Below, piece after piece: positions 11,001-20,210 of a DNA stretch of 64,000 nt. Each line of letters begins with the position of its first letter. Position 1 is the first letter of the stretch. Position numbers and translations under genes: made by a program. Under the pieces are notes generated by a model. It was not told where the DNA came from. It ran no database searches and worked only from the letters and a program-made list of their open reading frames with translations. The DNA is from an uncultured bacterium (lineage in GTDB: Bacteria > Chlamydiota > Chlamydiia > Chlamydiales > 2-12-FULL-49-11), in the NCBI GenBank assembly GCA_964350315.1, contig CAYGJD010000001.1, positions 127,084-191,083 of the forward strand, given 5' to 3'.

Positions 11001-11201
11001 TAAAGGGGATGAAATCAGTCTTGCTATTTGATCGGGGCTAGCTCCAGGATAACTAGTTGATACCTGTATGACGGGGTATGCCATTTCAGGTAAGCTTGAA
11101 ACGGGAAGTTTTTTATAAGATAAGAGTCCAAAACAAACCATTGAAATAATCATTAGTGTTGTGAAAACAGGTCTGATAATAAAAGGCTTGGAAAAGTTCA
11201 T
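8058..11201 (-). CDS. RND efflux permease (AcrB/MdtB-MdtC family)
   Basis: 1047 aa; FIIRPV, LPVSSLP, LVDDAIVVLENI, SLSLTPMLCS, KNGILIVDF and RFRPIIMTT. Confidence 0.95.
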   Translation of the reverse strand: MNFSKPFIIRPVFTTLMIISMVCFGLLSYKKLPVSSLPEMAYPVIQVSTSYPGASPDQIARLISSPLERQFMLMQGIQFVSSSNTYQSSEIVLQFHLTVDINVAAQEVDQAIQKALAELPANLPQNPTYVKFNPADTPILYLMMYSPIISPSKLYEYGYSFLGQQIGTVEGVANIQVFGSPYAVRVKADPQALAARNMGLADLSNAINMGNPEQPTGKFYGPNTSVVTRTNGQLIEAKGYQDLIVKYIDNAPVRLRDVATVEEGVQNDKQVFALTTKEEPEGQQLAFLAVYRQIGFNTVQVCSDVEALIAKLAPQLPHGIEYDIPFSLSEWITEAVADVEFTLLVAFLLVVLVVYLYLGRIKNSIIPLITLPITIITTFIFMDFFGFSLDIMSLSALTLSIGFLVDDAIVVLENIVRWGEQEHMDPYNAALKGSKQIIVAVISISLCLCAVFIPMLFMAGTMGELFHEFAAVIIIAVLVSGFVSLSLTPMLCSRFLSHYEISRKTKMEMFSEWFNQKLLNVYEPALEWALRHRLMILLVSSASVFVSVFLLLSMPKEFLPPNDLGVIQAFIMAPEGTSPEKSYEYAKEFAQIAIKHPAVSKVPHISGNPTDNQSLLFMNLVERSKRKDVWTVIKDLEKEFAHVVGAKIFMKAYPLINLQIGGSQAGKANYQYLLQSFNDDDLYKCAEELIATMSHSPKLKNVSSDFQPNGPTLDIEILRDQAQSYGDINATQIENAFMYAYGETYISKINVPQNMYYVILELENDFLRDPQDIANLYLSNNQNNANDAQQVYANSIVNTKMITTPETVNHLNALSSVTISFDQADGVPLSEALDEINQLSQKTLVPSVIPMMVGNTAAFEAAMKQFILLILLAIFVIYVIQGILYENFLYPITPLSSIPVALLGGILSLLLCGQIISIYAIIGLIMLLGIVMKNGILIVDFALEIMEKEELNEHDAVFKACLLRFRPIIMTTIAAMMGALPIALGIGGTIAQGRAPLGIAVVGGLIFAQFVTLFLTPVVFIYIEHLNCWIKCKFHMFSEREEKILED

Positions 11202-11203
11202 CC

Positions 11204-12313
11204 TTATTTGGCCCCATCTTGTTTGGTTGGTTGATTTGTGACATTCACTTCGATATTAGGTCTTACTCCTAGTTGGCCAGCTGTCACGACAAGCTCTCCT
11301 GATTGAACACCTTTGATCACTTGAACATGGTCTCCAAGTTGCTCTCCTACTTCTACAAGACGAAATTCGGCTTTATTGTCTTTTATAACGTAGGCGTATC
11401 GTCCCTTTTGTCCTATAGAGATGGCAGTTTCTGGAACTAAAACAGCATTATTAATGTGTGAGATAATAAGATTTGCACGAACAAATTGCCCAGGCCAAAA
11501 AATGCTTTCTGCGTTTCTTAGTTGAGCCCTGAAAGGAATCATGCCTGTTCGCTTATTGATTTCGTTATCAATCAAGATTAAGTCAGCGCTAAATGTTATA
11601 TTGGGGTGGTCAGGTAGTTGAATTTCAACATTTAGGCACCCCTCCCTTAAAAATCTTGTGATTTTTAAAAAGTCTCGCTCAGGAAGTGAAAAGTCAATAA
11701 AGATAGGATCGATTTGTTTCACAACCAGCATCGTAGATCCATCATTTGTGATGAGGTTGCCTTTATCGATGAGTCTTTTTCCAGTAATGCCTGAAAATGG
11801 TGACTTGATGAAGCAGTAGTCAAGATCGATTTCAGCAAGACGAATCTGGGCATCTTTTTGCATGACAGCGCCTTCGTACTGAATCATGTCTGTTTGGAAC
11901 TTGATGTAGTCAAGAGTTGAGACATAGTTTTCAGGAAGTAGAGTTTGATATCGCGCTACTTTTTCTGCGGCATATTGAAATCCTGCTAGAGCTTGCACTC
12001 TTTCTGCAACAACTTGTTCTAATTTTGCTTGGAAGGGTCTTGGATCGATCGTAAATAGAGGAGCTCCTTCTTCAACAAATTGTCCCTCTTGAAAATGAAG
12101 TTCCATAAGCCGGCCTTCAACTTGCGCTTTAATTTCAGCTGAATTATAGGCGACAAAGTGCCCAATGCCATCGATCTGAATAGGGATTCTCTTTGTAATA
12201 GCATATTCTGCTTTTACATTGGCTTTGAAGGCTTTCTCTTGATCTTGTTTCTTTCCACACGAAACCATTGGAAGAAGTGCCAAAATTAAGAGTTTTGATA
12301 GATGGTGTTTCAT
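11204..12313 (-). CDS. RND periplasmic adaptor (MFP) lipoprotein
   Basis: Lipobox MVSC, IKAQVEG, LFTIDPRPF, IKSPFSG and FWPGQFV. Start set at 12313 from the ATGA overlap with the upstream gene. Confidence 0.9.
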   Translation of the reverse strand: MKHHLSKLLILALLPMVSCGKKQDQEKAFKANVKAEYAITKRIPIQIDGIGHFVAYNSAEIKAQVEGRLMELHFQEGQFVEEGAPLFTIDPRPFQAKLEQVVAERVQALAGFQYAAEKVARYQTLLPENYVSTLDYIKFQTDMIQYEGAVMQKDAQIRLAEIDLDYCFIKSPFSGITGKRLIDKGNLITNDGSTMLVVKQIDPIFIDFSLPERDFLKITRFLREGCLNVEIQLPDHPNITFSADLILIDNEINKRTGMIPFRAQLRNAESIFWPGQFVRANLIISHINNAVLVPETAISIGQKGRYAYVIKDNKAEFRLVEVGEQLGDHVQVIKGVQSGELVVTAGQLGVRPNIEVNVTNQPTKQDGAK

Positions 12314-13755
12314 TCGATATCCTCCATATGCCACGGGCACGAATTAGTTAACATGCCAGTTGCAAAAGCGATGTCAATAATCGCCATGTAGTATGTTTTT
12401 TGAGAATTCACATATTGAGCGCGTGCATCTGATAAAAATGCTTCTGATGATAAAAGGTCAAGAATGTCAACAATGCCAAGTTTGTAGCGATCAAACATTG
12501 CTGCATATTCAGTTTCTGCTGCTTTAAGATAGGCAAGAGTATCGTTAATTTCCTCTTTTGCCATGGTAAAATTGTTGTTCGACTGCTTTACCATTTTAAC
12601 AACTTGTAGTTCTGTTTGTCGGTAAGTTGCTACCAGTTTTTCAAGATCAGATTCAGCTTGCTTGATTTGATTTAAGTAGTAAAAACCAGTGAAAATTGGA
12701 AAAGTTAAATCAATTGTGAATGTGTAGTTTCCGCCATCGTTTGAACCATTGCTATACCACTGCTCTCCACCTTGTCCTGTAAAATTAATTGTAGGGTAGA
12801 GCTCTGCTTTTTGTTTTTTTACAGAAGCCTCAGCTGCTAAAATTTCGGCTTTTGCTGCAAGTAAATCAGGACGAATTGACCGTGCGATTTCAATAAGCTG
12901 ATCTTCTGTTGCGGAATAAGGGTCAAACGGTTCCTTGTCTGGAAAAGAACCTAAATGGAATGAAGTGTTGTCAGGTATTCCAAGAACACTAAGAAGGTCA
13001 ATAAATGCATTTTTTACCGTAGCATTTTGTGTTGTGACTGCGACCTTTTTCTTTAAGAAATGTGTTTTTGCCTGAAGCATATCTGTTTCATCAAAAATTC
13101 CGGAAAGGTTTTTTTCTTGAGCAGCGTTAAATGTTTGTTGAGCATCTTGTAAATTTGACTCATAAGCTTCTAAAAGAGACTTTGAATAGAGAAATTCATA
13201 ATATGCGGAAGCAACATTTAACATGACGGACTGAATTTCTTCATTATGCATCCAATTCGATTGTTGGAGAAGTTGAAAAGCTTGTTCAACTTTATGGCGA
13301 CGTTTTCCTGAGTCCCAAACGAGGTATTTCAAATTCACTTCAGGGCCATACTCTTGGATTGTTTGCGTGAAGTAGGTGTCGTCGTATACAGTACCGTTTC
13401 GTATTGCACTATATGTTCCCTGAAAAGAAAGAGAAGGTAAATAACTTGACATTTCTGAGGAGTAATTTGCAGCGCTCTCTCTTGCTTCTTCCCAACTGTG
13501 TTTTGTGTTAGGGGAGTTGTTCAGTGCAATATCAAATAAATCCCCAAGTGAAATGCAGTCATCTTCTGAGGGGATTTGCAGCGTTTCTATTGGGTCAACA
13601 TCTTTGAGTTTATTTATTTGAGTTGATGTTGGGCGCCAAACTTTATTCGATGCGCTAGGAGCAAAAGCCCATGGATTTGTGAAGGGACTCTTTGAACAAC
13701 TTGTCATAAAGACAAATAAAGTTGTAATGAAGGTATGTTTGCAAAAATTTTTCAT
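12310..13755 (-). CDS. TolC-family outer membrane efflux protein
   Basis: Lipobox MTSC, ALNNSP, YLPSLS, VASAYY, RPDL, YPTI and RYKLG; first gene of the RND operon. Confidence 0.9.
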   Translation of the reverse strand: MKNFCKHTFITTLFVFMTSCSKSPFTNPWAFAPSASNKVWRPTSTQINKLKDVDPIETLQIPSEDDCISLGDLFDIALNNSPNTKHSWEEARESAANYSSEMSSYLPSLSFQGTYSAIRNGTVYDDTYFTQTIQEYGPEVNLKYLVWDSGKRRHKVEQAFQLLQQSNWMHNEEIQSVMLNVASAYYEFLYSKSLLEAYESNLQDAQQTFNAAQEKNLSGIFDETDMLQAKTHFLKKKVAVTTQNATVKNAFIDLLSVLGIPDNTSFHLGSFPDKEPFDPYSATEDQLIEIARSIRPDLLAAKAEILAAEASVKKQKAELYPTINFTGQGGEQWYSNGSNDGGNYTFTIDLTFPIFTGFYYLNQIKQAESDLEKLVATYRQTELQVVKMVKQSNNNFTMAKEEINDTLAYLKAAETEYAAMFDRYKLGIVDILDLLSSEAFLSDARAQYVNSQKTYYMAIIDIAFATGMLTNSCPWHMEDIE

Positions 13756-13838
13756 GCGGTAAACGAATCACCCGGTTTACGCGTAGTAAATTTGCACCAT
13801 ATGAATGTTACTGATTAATTGTCAAAAAAAGAATTTAA

Positions 13839-14612
13839 TTAAGAGGAGAGATCTGAGTTGTTTTGGATTCCTATTGCCCTAACGCCGCACTTAATAAGGG
13901 ATTTCAGCACTTTTCTGGGTATTAGTTCTAAGCAAACAATTCCGAAAGTTTTTTTATGAACAGCACATCTTTTAGCTAAATCTGCTACACCTGAAGTTTG
14001 AGGGTTTCTTATAACGACGTCAATCTTTCCATGTTCAGGAAGATAGAAAAAAACATCAACGTTTGGATGTGTTATTGTTTTGTTATTAATTTTATCTAGT
14101 GAATTAGAAACCAAAAAAGTCTTGCATTTTGGCATGATTTTTTTATATGTGTCGCACTCCTCTAAATTGTGACAAGTAAAGTTAACTTGTTTTTGCAATT
14201 TGTTTGAGTTCACTTTTTCGGCTATCAATTGAATAGCGTTCAGGTTTTTAACATCAAGAAGAACTGATCGATTTGAATCAATCTTCATTTGCGTAAGAAT
14301 ATCGTCGAATTTTGCAATAGGGTGAGAAAATCCATCGCCACTACGTAGTTTATAAGAAGAGAGTTCCTTATAGGTGTAATCAATAATTTTTAGTGGGGGA
14401 GCGTTACTACAAGAGTTTTCAATCGAATTATCATGCATGAGGATGAGGATCTGATCACTTGTTAATTGAATATCAACTTCAGGGGTACGGCCATAAGTCC
14501 AGGTGTCTTGAACCGCAGCCAGTGAGTTTTCAGGAAATTTATTGTTTCCTCCTCTATGGATGGTAATAAAATTAAATTTACTTTTGTTGTTTCCCATATG
14601 GATATTATACAT
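13839..14612 (-). CDS. Glycerophosphodiester phosphodiesterase family protein
   Basis: IHRG, PENSL, EVDIQLTSD, LMHD and LDVK. Confidence 0.85.
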   Translation of the reverse strand: MYNIHMGNNKSKFNFITIHRGGNNKFPENSLAAVQDTWTYGRTPEVDIQLTSDQILILMHDNSIENSCSNAPPLKIIDYTYKELSSYKLRSGDGFSHPIAKFDDILTQMKIDSNRSVLLDVKNLNAIQLIAEKVNSNKLQKQVNFTCHNLEECDTYKKIMPKCKTFLVSNSLDKINNKTITHPNVDVFFYLPEHGKIDVVIRNPQTSGVADLAKRCAVHKKTFGIVCLELIPRKVLKSLIKCGVRAIGIQNNSDLSS

Positions 14613-14696
14613 AAAAGAATCGATTCAGTTCAAATCTCTGTAAATAAATAATTTAAGCTTGGGTGATTTAGAGGTTTATATGATATAATCTTTATT

Positions 14697-15374
14697 ATGA
14701 GAATCGAATGTTATCACTTTTTCTTTCACCCCCTTCATGAGGACCACTCTACAGGGAAGCAATGTTTAGCAGTTATTACCGCTGTTGCTCTTGCGGCTAT
14801 AACATTGGGCGTCTATCTTTTAGTCGCTTGTGTTGTGCGGTTAATTGAAAAGGTGTTTTTTTTGCCAAAACTCGATACAACGAAAGAGGTTGCGGAAGAT
14901 AAAGTAACCAAAGTGGAGAAAGTGAAAGCGAAGCAGGCAGACCACTTAGAAAAGTTAAAGGTTTTAGCAAGTCAAGGTGGTTGGAGAAACCTAGCAACTC
15001 ACACATCACATATTGATAGTGGATTTGATTGGTGGATGTTTCCTGTCAGTCGTTCGTCAAATGGCTATGGTGAGGGGTATGCTGTCACTAAAGATGATGT
15101 CTCCGTTTTGATGCTTGATGATGAGTTTATGGAAAGTTATCGAGAAGGGGTCATTCTTGTTGCAAAATCTTGGGGATGGAATCTTGAGACACTAGCTGAT
15201 GAAACGTGCAATGAGAGAAAATGGACTGGATATGGCGTTCGTCTTGGTAAAATGCTTTCTTCTCTAAGACTTTTTGGAGAAACAAAATTACGGACTATTT
15301 TGATTGACTTTGTTCAAAAAAGAGGTGATCCCTCACGCCTTGCAAGTTGGATACAAAAAGAGTTAAATCGTTAA
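14697..15374 (+). CDS. Hypothetical protein with an N-terminal hydrophobic segment and an H-x-DWWMFP domain; candidate effector
   Basis: Hydrophobic residues about 24-50, then a Trp-rich domain with HTSHIDSGFDWWMFP. Confidence 0.6.
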   Translation: MRIECYHFFFHPLHEDHSTGKQCLAVITAVALAAITLGVYLLVACVVRLIEKVFFLPKLDTTKEVAEDKVTKVEKVKAKQADHLEKLKVLASQGGWRNLATHTSHIDSGFDWWMFPVSRSSNGYGEGYAVTKDDVSVLMLDDEFMESYREGVILVAKSWGWNLETLADETCNERKWTGYGVRLGKMLSSLRLFGETKLRTILIDFVQKRGDPSRLASWIQKELNR

Positions 15375-17809
15375 TTTTGCGTCTTTCTCACTAATTTTGA
15401 ATAGACGTTATCTGCAGGGCTTTCTTCTGGACTCAGAAGAGAGGCAATATAACCAAAAATAAATGTTGAAGCTGTGGATATAGTTAGAAGAAGTAAAAAG
15501 TGTGTGTGTGCATATTTGTGATAGAAGAAAATGAAGATTGTTGAAGAAATTAGCCCTATTATCACGCCTCTAGAATTAGCTCTTTTAGTTAAAATTCCGA
15601 GCAGAAAAATTCCACTTACAGAACAAAGTGTGTAAGCAATAGTTATATCATAGTGGTCTAAAAAAGAAATGATTTTGAATTTTGAGAGGAAGAGGGAATA
15701 AGATGTTCCTAAAACTCCGACAAGAAGAGTAGTCCATTTTGCGATCTTAACCGTACTTAGATCGTTTTTGTTTTTTCTCAATCGCGCATAAAAATCGTTT
15801 GAGACTGTTGTTGCAATAGCATTCATAGAACTATCTAGCGTTGACATAGCTGCCGCAAAGATCCCTGTGATCAAAATGCCTGAAACACCTGGTGGAAGTC
15901 TTGAAATGATATAGTGAGCAAAAATATTGTCAGTGAGTTGCATACCAGGATCTAGCATTTCTGGAAATTTTCTGTAATACACATAAAGTGCAGTACCAAG
16001 AAAGTAAAAAAGCCCTCCCATGAACGCACAAAGGATGACATTTAACCAGATACTCTTCCTGGCCGATGCTTCATCTTTCACTGTCAGGTAGCGTTGAACG
16101 GTTGCTTGATCTGCCCCGTAGTTAACGATGTCATAGCTAATGCTAGAAAATAGAATTACCCAAAAAGTGGGCCTTCTGAGATCAAGAGCAAAATCAAAAA
16201 TTTTAATCTTATCATGTTCAAAAGCGATTGCAAAAATGTCGGATAGATTCATTTGACAATCTAGCACTATGAAGAAGATTCCAAGTATAGCTGCGAGGAT
16301 GAAAATAGCTACTTGCATGACATCTGTCCAGATGACGGCTTCTATGCCGCCAAGAGTTGTGTATAACACACTTAAACTTCCCATGGAAATGATACACAGA
16401 GGAATAGACCATCCAGTAATGAATGATAGAGCAATCGCTGGAAGGTAGAGAACAATGCCGATGCGCAAAAGTTCGAATATAATAAAAATTCCTGCTCCTA
16501 TAAGTCGAATTGTAAGGTTGAATCGATTTTCAAGGTATTCATATGCTGTTGTGACTTGAAGGCGTCTAAAGAAGGGGAGGAAGCCATAAAGGATCAGTGG
16601 TATTACAAGGATTAAAGTCATGTCCATTACAAGGTATTGCCAATCTGAAGCAAATGCTTTTGCGGGGACAGCTAGAAAATTAAGGGTGCTGATTTCTGTT
16701 CCTAAAATCGATAGTCCTGCTGCCCACCAGGGAATTGTCATATTTCCTTTAAAGTATTGAAGTGGTGTTTGCTTCTTTTTAAGGAAAAAATATAGGCCAA
16801 TAAGAATCAGGACAAATAAATAAGTGATTAAAATCACTGAATTGAGAAAACCAAATGTGTAGGATTGTTTTGCTGTGTGAAAGAAAATAACAGAGTCATC
16901 TTTTGAAGGGCCAAAATATGTGATATCTTTTTGGTTGACAATGGGACGACCTTTCATTTTCTCAATATTAGGAGAGTCGATTTGAGTCCAGGTGTCAGTC
17001 ACTGTGTGGTAAGAAAAAAAGGTCTCAGCATTTATATAAATGTGATTTGCTCCAGAGGGGGCGGCAAATAGATCTTCTGCTGTAGAGGGGATTGGACCGA
17101 AAGTGCTCCATTCAGCTAGTTTTTCATCATAGATATACCCATCATCTAAAGGCTCTTTTGTGATTGGATCCTGACCCCCAAATACATAAAGAGCGTCTCT
17201 TAGGCCATTGCTTTGGGCAACGATTGCAGCGTTGATTCGAGGCGGACCTGGTAAGCATGTGCGAATGACCCATTGAGGGTTAGTTATAGAATCGAGGTTC
17301 AATTCAAGAAGGTATCTATTTGGCATCTGGCATTGAGTGTCGTATACGCCTCCGATAAGGAATATTTTCTTTCCGATACGTGTTGCTGATGCGTGAGCAA
17401 GAGGGAAGGGGAGAGGAGGCATTGTTGCAAATTCTATGTATTTTTTTTCGCTATTCCACTTGAGTAAGATTGCATCATTAAAACAAGTTTGCTCATTACA
17501 ACCGCCAAGGCATAAAACTCCATTATCCATTGAGATACTAGCGCCGTGTGCTAGAGGAAATGGAAGACATGTATTTTGGCGGATATATTTTCTAGAAGAG
17601 GCGTATTTTGTTCTTTCAACAACAATAATATCGCTTTGTATTGTTTGGTCTCTTACACCTCCTGCAATTATTAATGCGTTGCCAGTCGCTCCAATAAATG
17701 ATCCTTGCGTCCCTGATTCGTAAAGAGGTTGGTGAACTTGAATATCAAATCCAAAAAGGGATGAGTTTAGAAAAAAAAAGATGAGCAAAAATCGTTTCAT
17801 AAGTTTCAT
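15371..17809 (-). CDS. Kelch-repeat (NanM-like) domain fused to a sodium:solute symporter (SiaT-like)
   Basis: Signal peptide and Kelch GG repeats (IIAGG, CLGG, LIGG, VFGG), then SSS motifs YFKG..IPWWAAGLS, TAYEYLENRF, YTTLGGIEAVIWTD, DQATVQRYL and FAAAMSTLDS. Confidence 0.88.
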   Translation of the reverse strand: MKLMKRFLLIFFFLNSSLFGFDIQVHQPLYESGTQGSFIGATGNALIIAGGVRDQTIQSDIIVVERTKYASSRKYIRQNTCLPFPLAHGASISMDNGVLCLGGCNEQTCFNDAILLKWNSEKKYIEFATMPPLPFPLAHASATRIGKKIFLIGGVYDTQCQMPNRYLLELNLDSITNPQWVIRTCLPGPPRINAAIVAQSNGLRDALYVFGGQDPITKEPLDDGYIYDEKLAEWSTFGPIPSTAEDLFAAPSGANHIYINAETFFSYHTVTDTWTQIDSPNIEKMKGRPIVNQKDITYFGPSKDDSVIFFHTAKQSYTFGFLNSVILITYLFVLILIGLYFFLKKKQTPLQYFKGNMTIPWWAAGLSILGTEISTLNFLAVPAKAFASDWQYLVMDMTLILVIPLILYGFLPFFRRLQVTTAYEYLENRFNLTIRLIGAGIFIIFELLRIGIVLYLPAIALSFITGWSIPLCIISMGSLSVLYTTLGGIEAVIWTDVMQVAIFILAAILGIFFIVLDCQMNLSDIFAIAFEHDKIKIFDFALDLRRPTFWVILFSSISYDIVNYGADQATVQRYLTVKDEASARKSIWLNVILCAFMGGLFYFLGTALYVYYRKFPEMLDPGMQLTDNIFAHYIISRLPPGVSGILITGIFAAAMSTLDSSMNAIATTVSNDFYARLRKNKNDLSTVKIAKWTTLLVGVLGTSYSLFLSKFKIISFLDHYDITIAYTLCSVSGIFLLGILTKRANSRGVIIGLISSTIFIFFYHKYAHTHFLLLLTISTASTFIFGYIASLLSPEESPADNVYSKLVRKTQN

Positions 17810-17900
17810 TACCTATCCTATTTTCGATTTTCCACGCAAGTGAGTTTACAGAAATGAATACACTGTTGATAATTCATCTAACAAAATACAAGGAGTAAAA

Positions 17901-18323
17901 ATGGAAATACAATCTGTACGTGATGGGGCAATTTTTTTTGCAGACAAAGCATCATTTCGCGTCCCTTCTTTTGCTGATGAGTTTCTCAGGAAAATAGAAG
18001 AGTTGTATGGTGCAAAATTAGATCCCAAGAAGGTGACAAATAGCACGACATTTGGCAATGGTACAGGAAAAGTTAGCATATTAAGTTTTGGACCTTCAGT
18101 CACTCTTTTGGATAACCGAAAAGTAGAGCTTGAGTTAAGAAAAGTTGTGGATGTCAAGTCAGGAAAAGACTTCACCTTACATAGAGACGTGTCAAGCGTC
18201 GTGGCATTCGTCTTTGACAGATCCAAGGCCTGTTTAGTTTATAAGCTTCACGGCGCCTTTGAAGCAGTCAGAATCGAGCCAAACGGAAATAACTCTTGGC
18301 GAGCGACTTACGACCTTCCTTAA
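17901..18323 (+). CDS. Hypothetical protein
   Basis: 140-aa ORF with a strong AAGGAG RBS; no motif recognised. Confidence 0.65.
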   Translation: MEIQSVRDGAIFFADKASFRVPSFADEFLRKIEELYGAKLDPKKVTNSTTFGNGTGKVSILSFGPSVTLLDNRKVELELRKVVDVKSGKDFTLHRDVSSVVAFVFDRSKACLVYKLHGAFEAVRIEPNGNNSWRATYDLP

Positions 18324-18456
18324 CTAAGATTATTGCATTTATTACTCTGTTGGCGCCTACTATAGAGGAAGTGGTGAGTTAGAAAAATCACATTAACGTA
18401 AGTCACACGATATGAGGGTGATGTCTCAATTTTAATCTAATTGGTAGACTGAGCAT

Positions 18457-18873
18457 ATGCAAAAGAAGAAAAAAACAAACCTTGTTGTCAAACGCTCTAC
18501 AGCGGGGCTTGGTCTATTTACAAAAAAGCCAATTAAGCAAGAAGAGCTTATTATTGAGTATAAAGGAAAACGAATCACTCAAGAAGCAGCTGAAAATTCA
18601 TCAGGAAAATACTTTTTTGAACTAGATGATGACACGCTTATCGATGGAAAATCAAGAACCAATCTTGCTAGATATATCAACCATTCATGTCTGCCAAACT
18701 GCTACACAGACATTATTGAGGGTAGAGTATTTGTCTTCGCAAAAAGAAACATTAAAGAAGGGGAAGAGCTCACTTATCACTACGGAAAAGAGTATTTTAA
18801 TGACATTATCAAGCCACTTGGCTGTAAATGTACAAAGTGTCTGAAAAAATCTAAACAATCTAAACAATCTTAA
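18457..18873 (+). CDS. SET-domain protein-lysine methyltransferase with post-SET cysteines
   Basis: GLGLF, IIEYKG, ARYINHSCLPN, GEELTYHY and CKCTKC. Confidence 0.92.
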   Translation: MQKKKKTNLVVKRSTAGLGLFTKKPIKQEELIIEYKGKRITQEAAENSSGKYFFELDDDTLIDGKSRTNLARYINHSCLPNCYTDIIEGRVFVFAKRNIKEGEELTYHYGKEYFNDIIKPLGCKCTKCLKKSKQSKQS

Positions 18874-18935
18874 CCGCTTAAGCACATTAGACCTGTCCTG
18901 GTTATAATAAATTTAAATTATAGCTCGGAATAATT

Positions 18936-19724
18936 ATGTCTAAAAAAAAGAAAAGTTGCGTTGGAGAAATTCCCTGTCCGTATAGCAGGTTAGGTGGAAA
19001 ATGTAGAATTGCACAAAAAATTGTACCTTATTTTCCAGAACATGATCGCTATATAGAACCCTTCTTAGGTTCTGCTGCAATTTTCTTAAACAAGTGTCGC
19101 GTTGATGAGGAAATTGTTTCTGATCTTGAAGATTCCATCAATCAAATCATGAGAAATATTAAAAAAAGCGGAAAGACTTTTGATGTGATGAATGAAAAGA
19201 AGCCTTTTGATTTCCAGACAAACAAGGCTAAGTGGACAAGATTTTATAAAACGCTTAAAAGCGGAAGTTCTGTACAACGATTGTACAAATCCCTCTATGT
19301 AATGTTAAATTCTTGGAGTGGAAATGGGAGAGCGTGGGGCGGAAAAAAGAGGCTTGGAAAAGTTTATAAAAGAAAGCTTGCTCTCCATCAAGAAAGATTG
19401 AAAAAAACTAAAATCTTGAAGCAAGACTATAAGAAAGTGATACAAAAATATGACAGAAAGGGGGCTTTTATCTACTTGGATCCTCCTTATGATGTAGCTA
19501 CAATCAATTACTATGGTAGGATTGTCGATTTAGAAGAAATGAGGGATATCCTACTGAAAGTAAAAGGGAAGTTTCTGTTGAGCATTGATATTACAGAAAA
19601 TACAAAAAAGCTTTTCTTACATCAAAAATTTCATTCGAAACGAATAAGAGTGCTCTATACTGCCGGCGGCGTGCGTAGGTATAAGTATGAGTATCTTATC
19701 TCAAACTATCCGTTAAAGAAGTAG
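18936..19724 (+). CDS. DNA adenine methyltransferase (Dam/D12 class), orphan
   Basis: PYSRLGGK, motif I YIEPFLGSA, motif IV YLDPPY and terminal EYLISNY. Confidence 0.88.
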   Translation: MSKKKKSCVGEIPCPYSRLGGKCRIAQKIVPYFPEHDRYIEPFLGSAAIFLNKCRVDEEIVSDLEDSINQIMRNIKKSGKTFDVMNEKKPFDFQTNKAKWTRFYKTLKSGSSVQRLYKSLYVMLNSWSGNGRAWGGKKRLGKVYKRKLALHQERLKKTKILKQDYKKVIQKYDRKGAFIYLDPPYDVATINYYGRIVDLEEMRDILLKVKGKFLLSIDITENTKKLFLHQKFHSKRIRVLYTAGGVRRYKYEYLISNYPLKK

Positions 19725-19852
19725 GCACAAGTCGTGCAACACTGGCCCATTAGTTTATGGTAATATGAGTCCTAGGTAAAAATAGTTGCTATTTTTATTG
19801 AGTTATTTAAGGTGAGTATTACTTGGAAGTTGTTTATCTATGGGGGAAGGGA

Positions 19853-20203
19853 GTGAAGCGTCTTATACTTTTAGCAATTGCAATGTTTAGCCTAGGTGAG
19901 TTGAGTGCAGCTCTGCCGCCTTTTGCTGAGAGTAAACGGGAGATAGAAGCAATTCTTTCAAGCCAAGAGATTAATCATTATCTTCCAAGTAGTGATATCA
20001 TACACCAGATCATAAAAACTCCTTCTGGATATATGATTATTACCAATAATCGGATTTTACCAGTCTCTATTCGGTACATGCCACGTCAAAACTATGGACC
20101 AGCAAGATTTGCAATTCGTTTTCATAAAGTAATAGAAACAAGTGCGAATAAGCCAGGTGAAGAAGAATTCACTGAATCAAACAGCGTTTACAATAATCGC
20201 TAA
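19853..20203 (+). CDS. Secreted hypothetical protein
   Basis: A GTG start after GGGGGAAGG gives the signal peptide MKRLILLAIAMFSLGELSA-ALPP. Confidence 0.7.
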   Translation: MKRLILLAIAMFSLGELSAALPPFAESKREIEAILSSQEINHYLPSSDIIHQIIKTPSGYMIITNNRILPVSIRYMPRQNYGPARFAIRFHKVIETSANKPGEEEFTESNSVYNNR

Positions 20204-20210
20204 TATCGTA

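Noticed and set aside
17403-17410. KOPS-like GGGAAGGG pointing toward dif
   Set aside because: It is a single occurrence inside a CDS; a systematic count is needed before it counts as evidence.
17846-18226. 126-aa minus-strand ORF and the many other 60-130 aa ORFs nested in or antisense to long genes
   Set aside because: These are shadow ORFs of better-supported genes, with no recognisable motifs.
18845-18873. 9-bp tandem repeat (TCTAAACAA) at the end of the SET gene
   Set aside because: It has only about 2.3 copies, encoding SKQSKQS; a trivial slippage event.
18318-18910. Possible integron attC sites after the 17901 and SET genes (stops in TAAC, with GTTAG or GTTAT downstream)
   Set aside because: There are no complementary L boxes, the ends do not fit RYYYAAC/GTTRRRY, the next genes lack the pattern, and no integrase is present.
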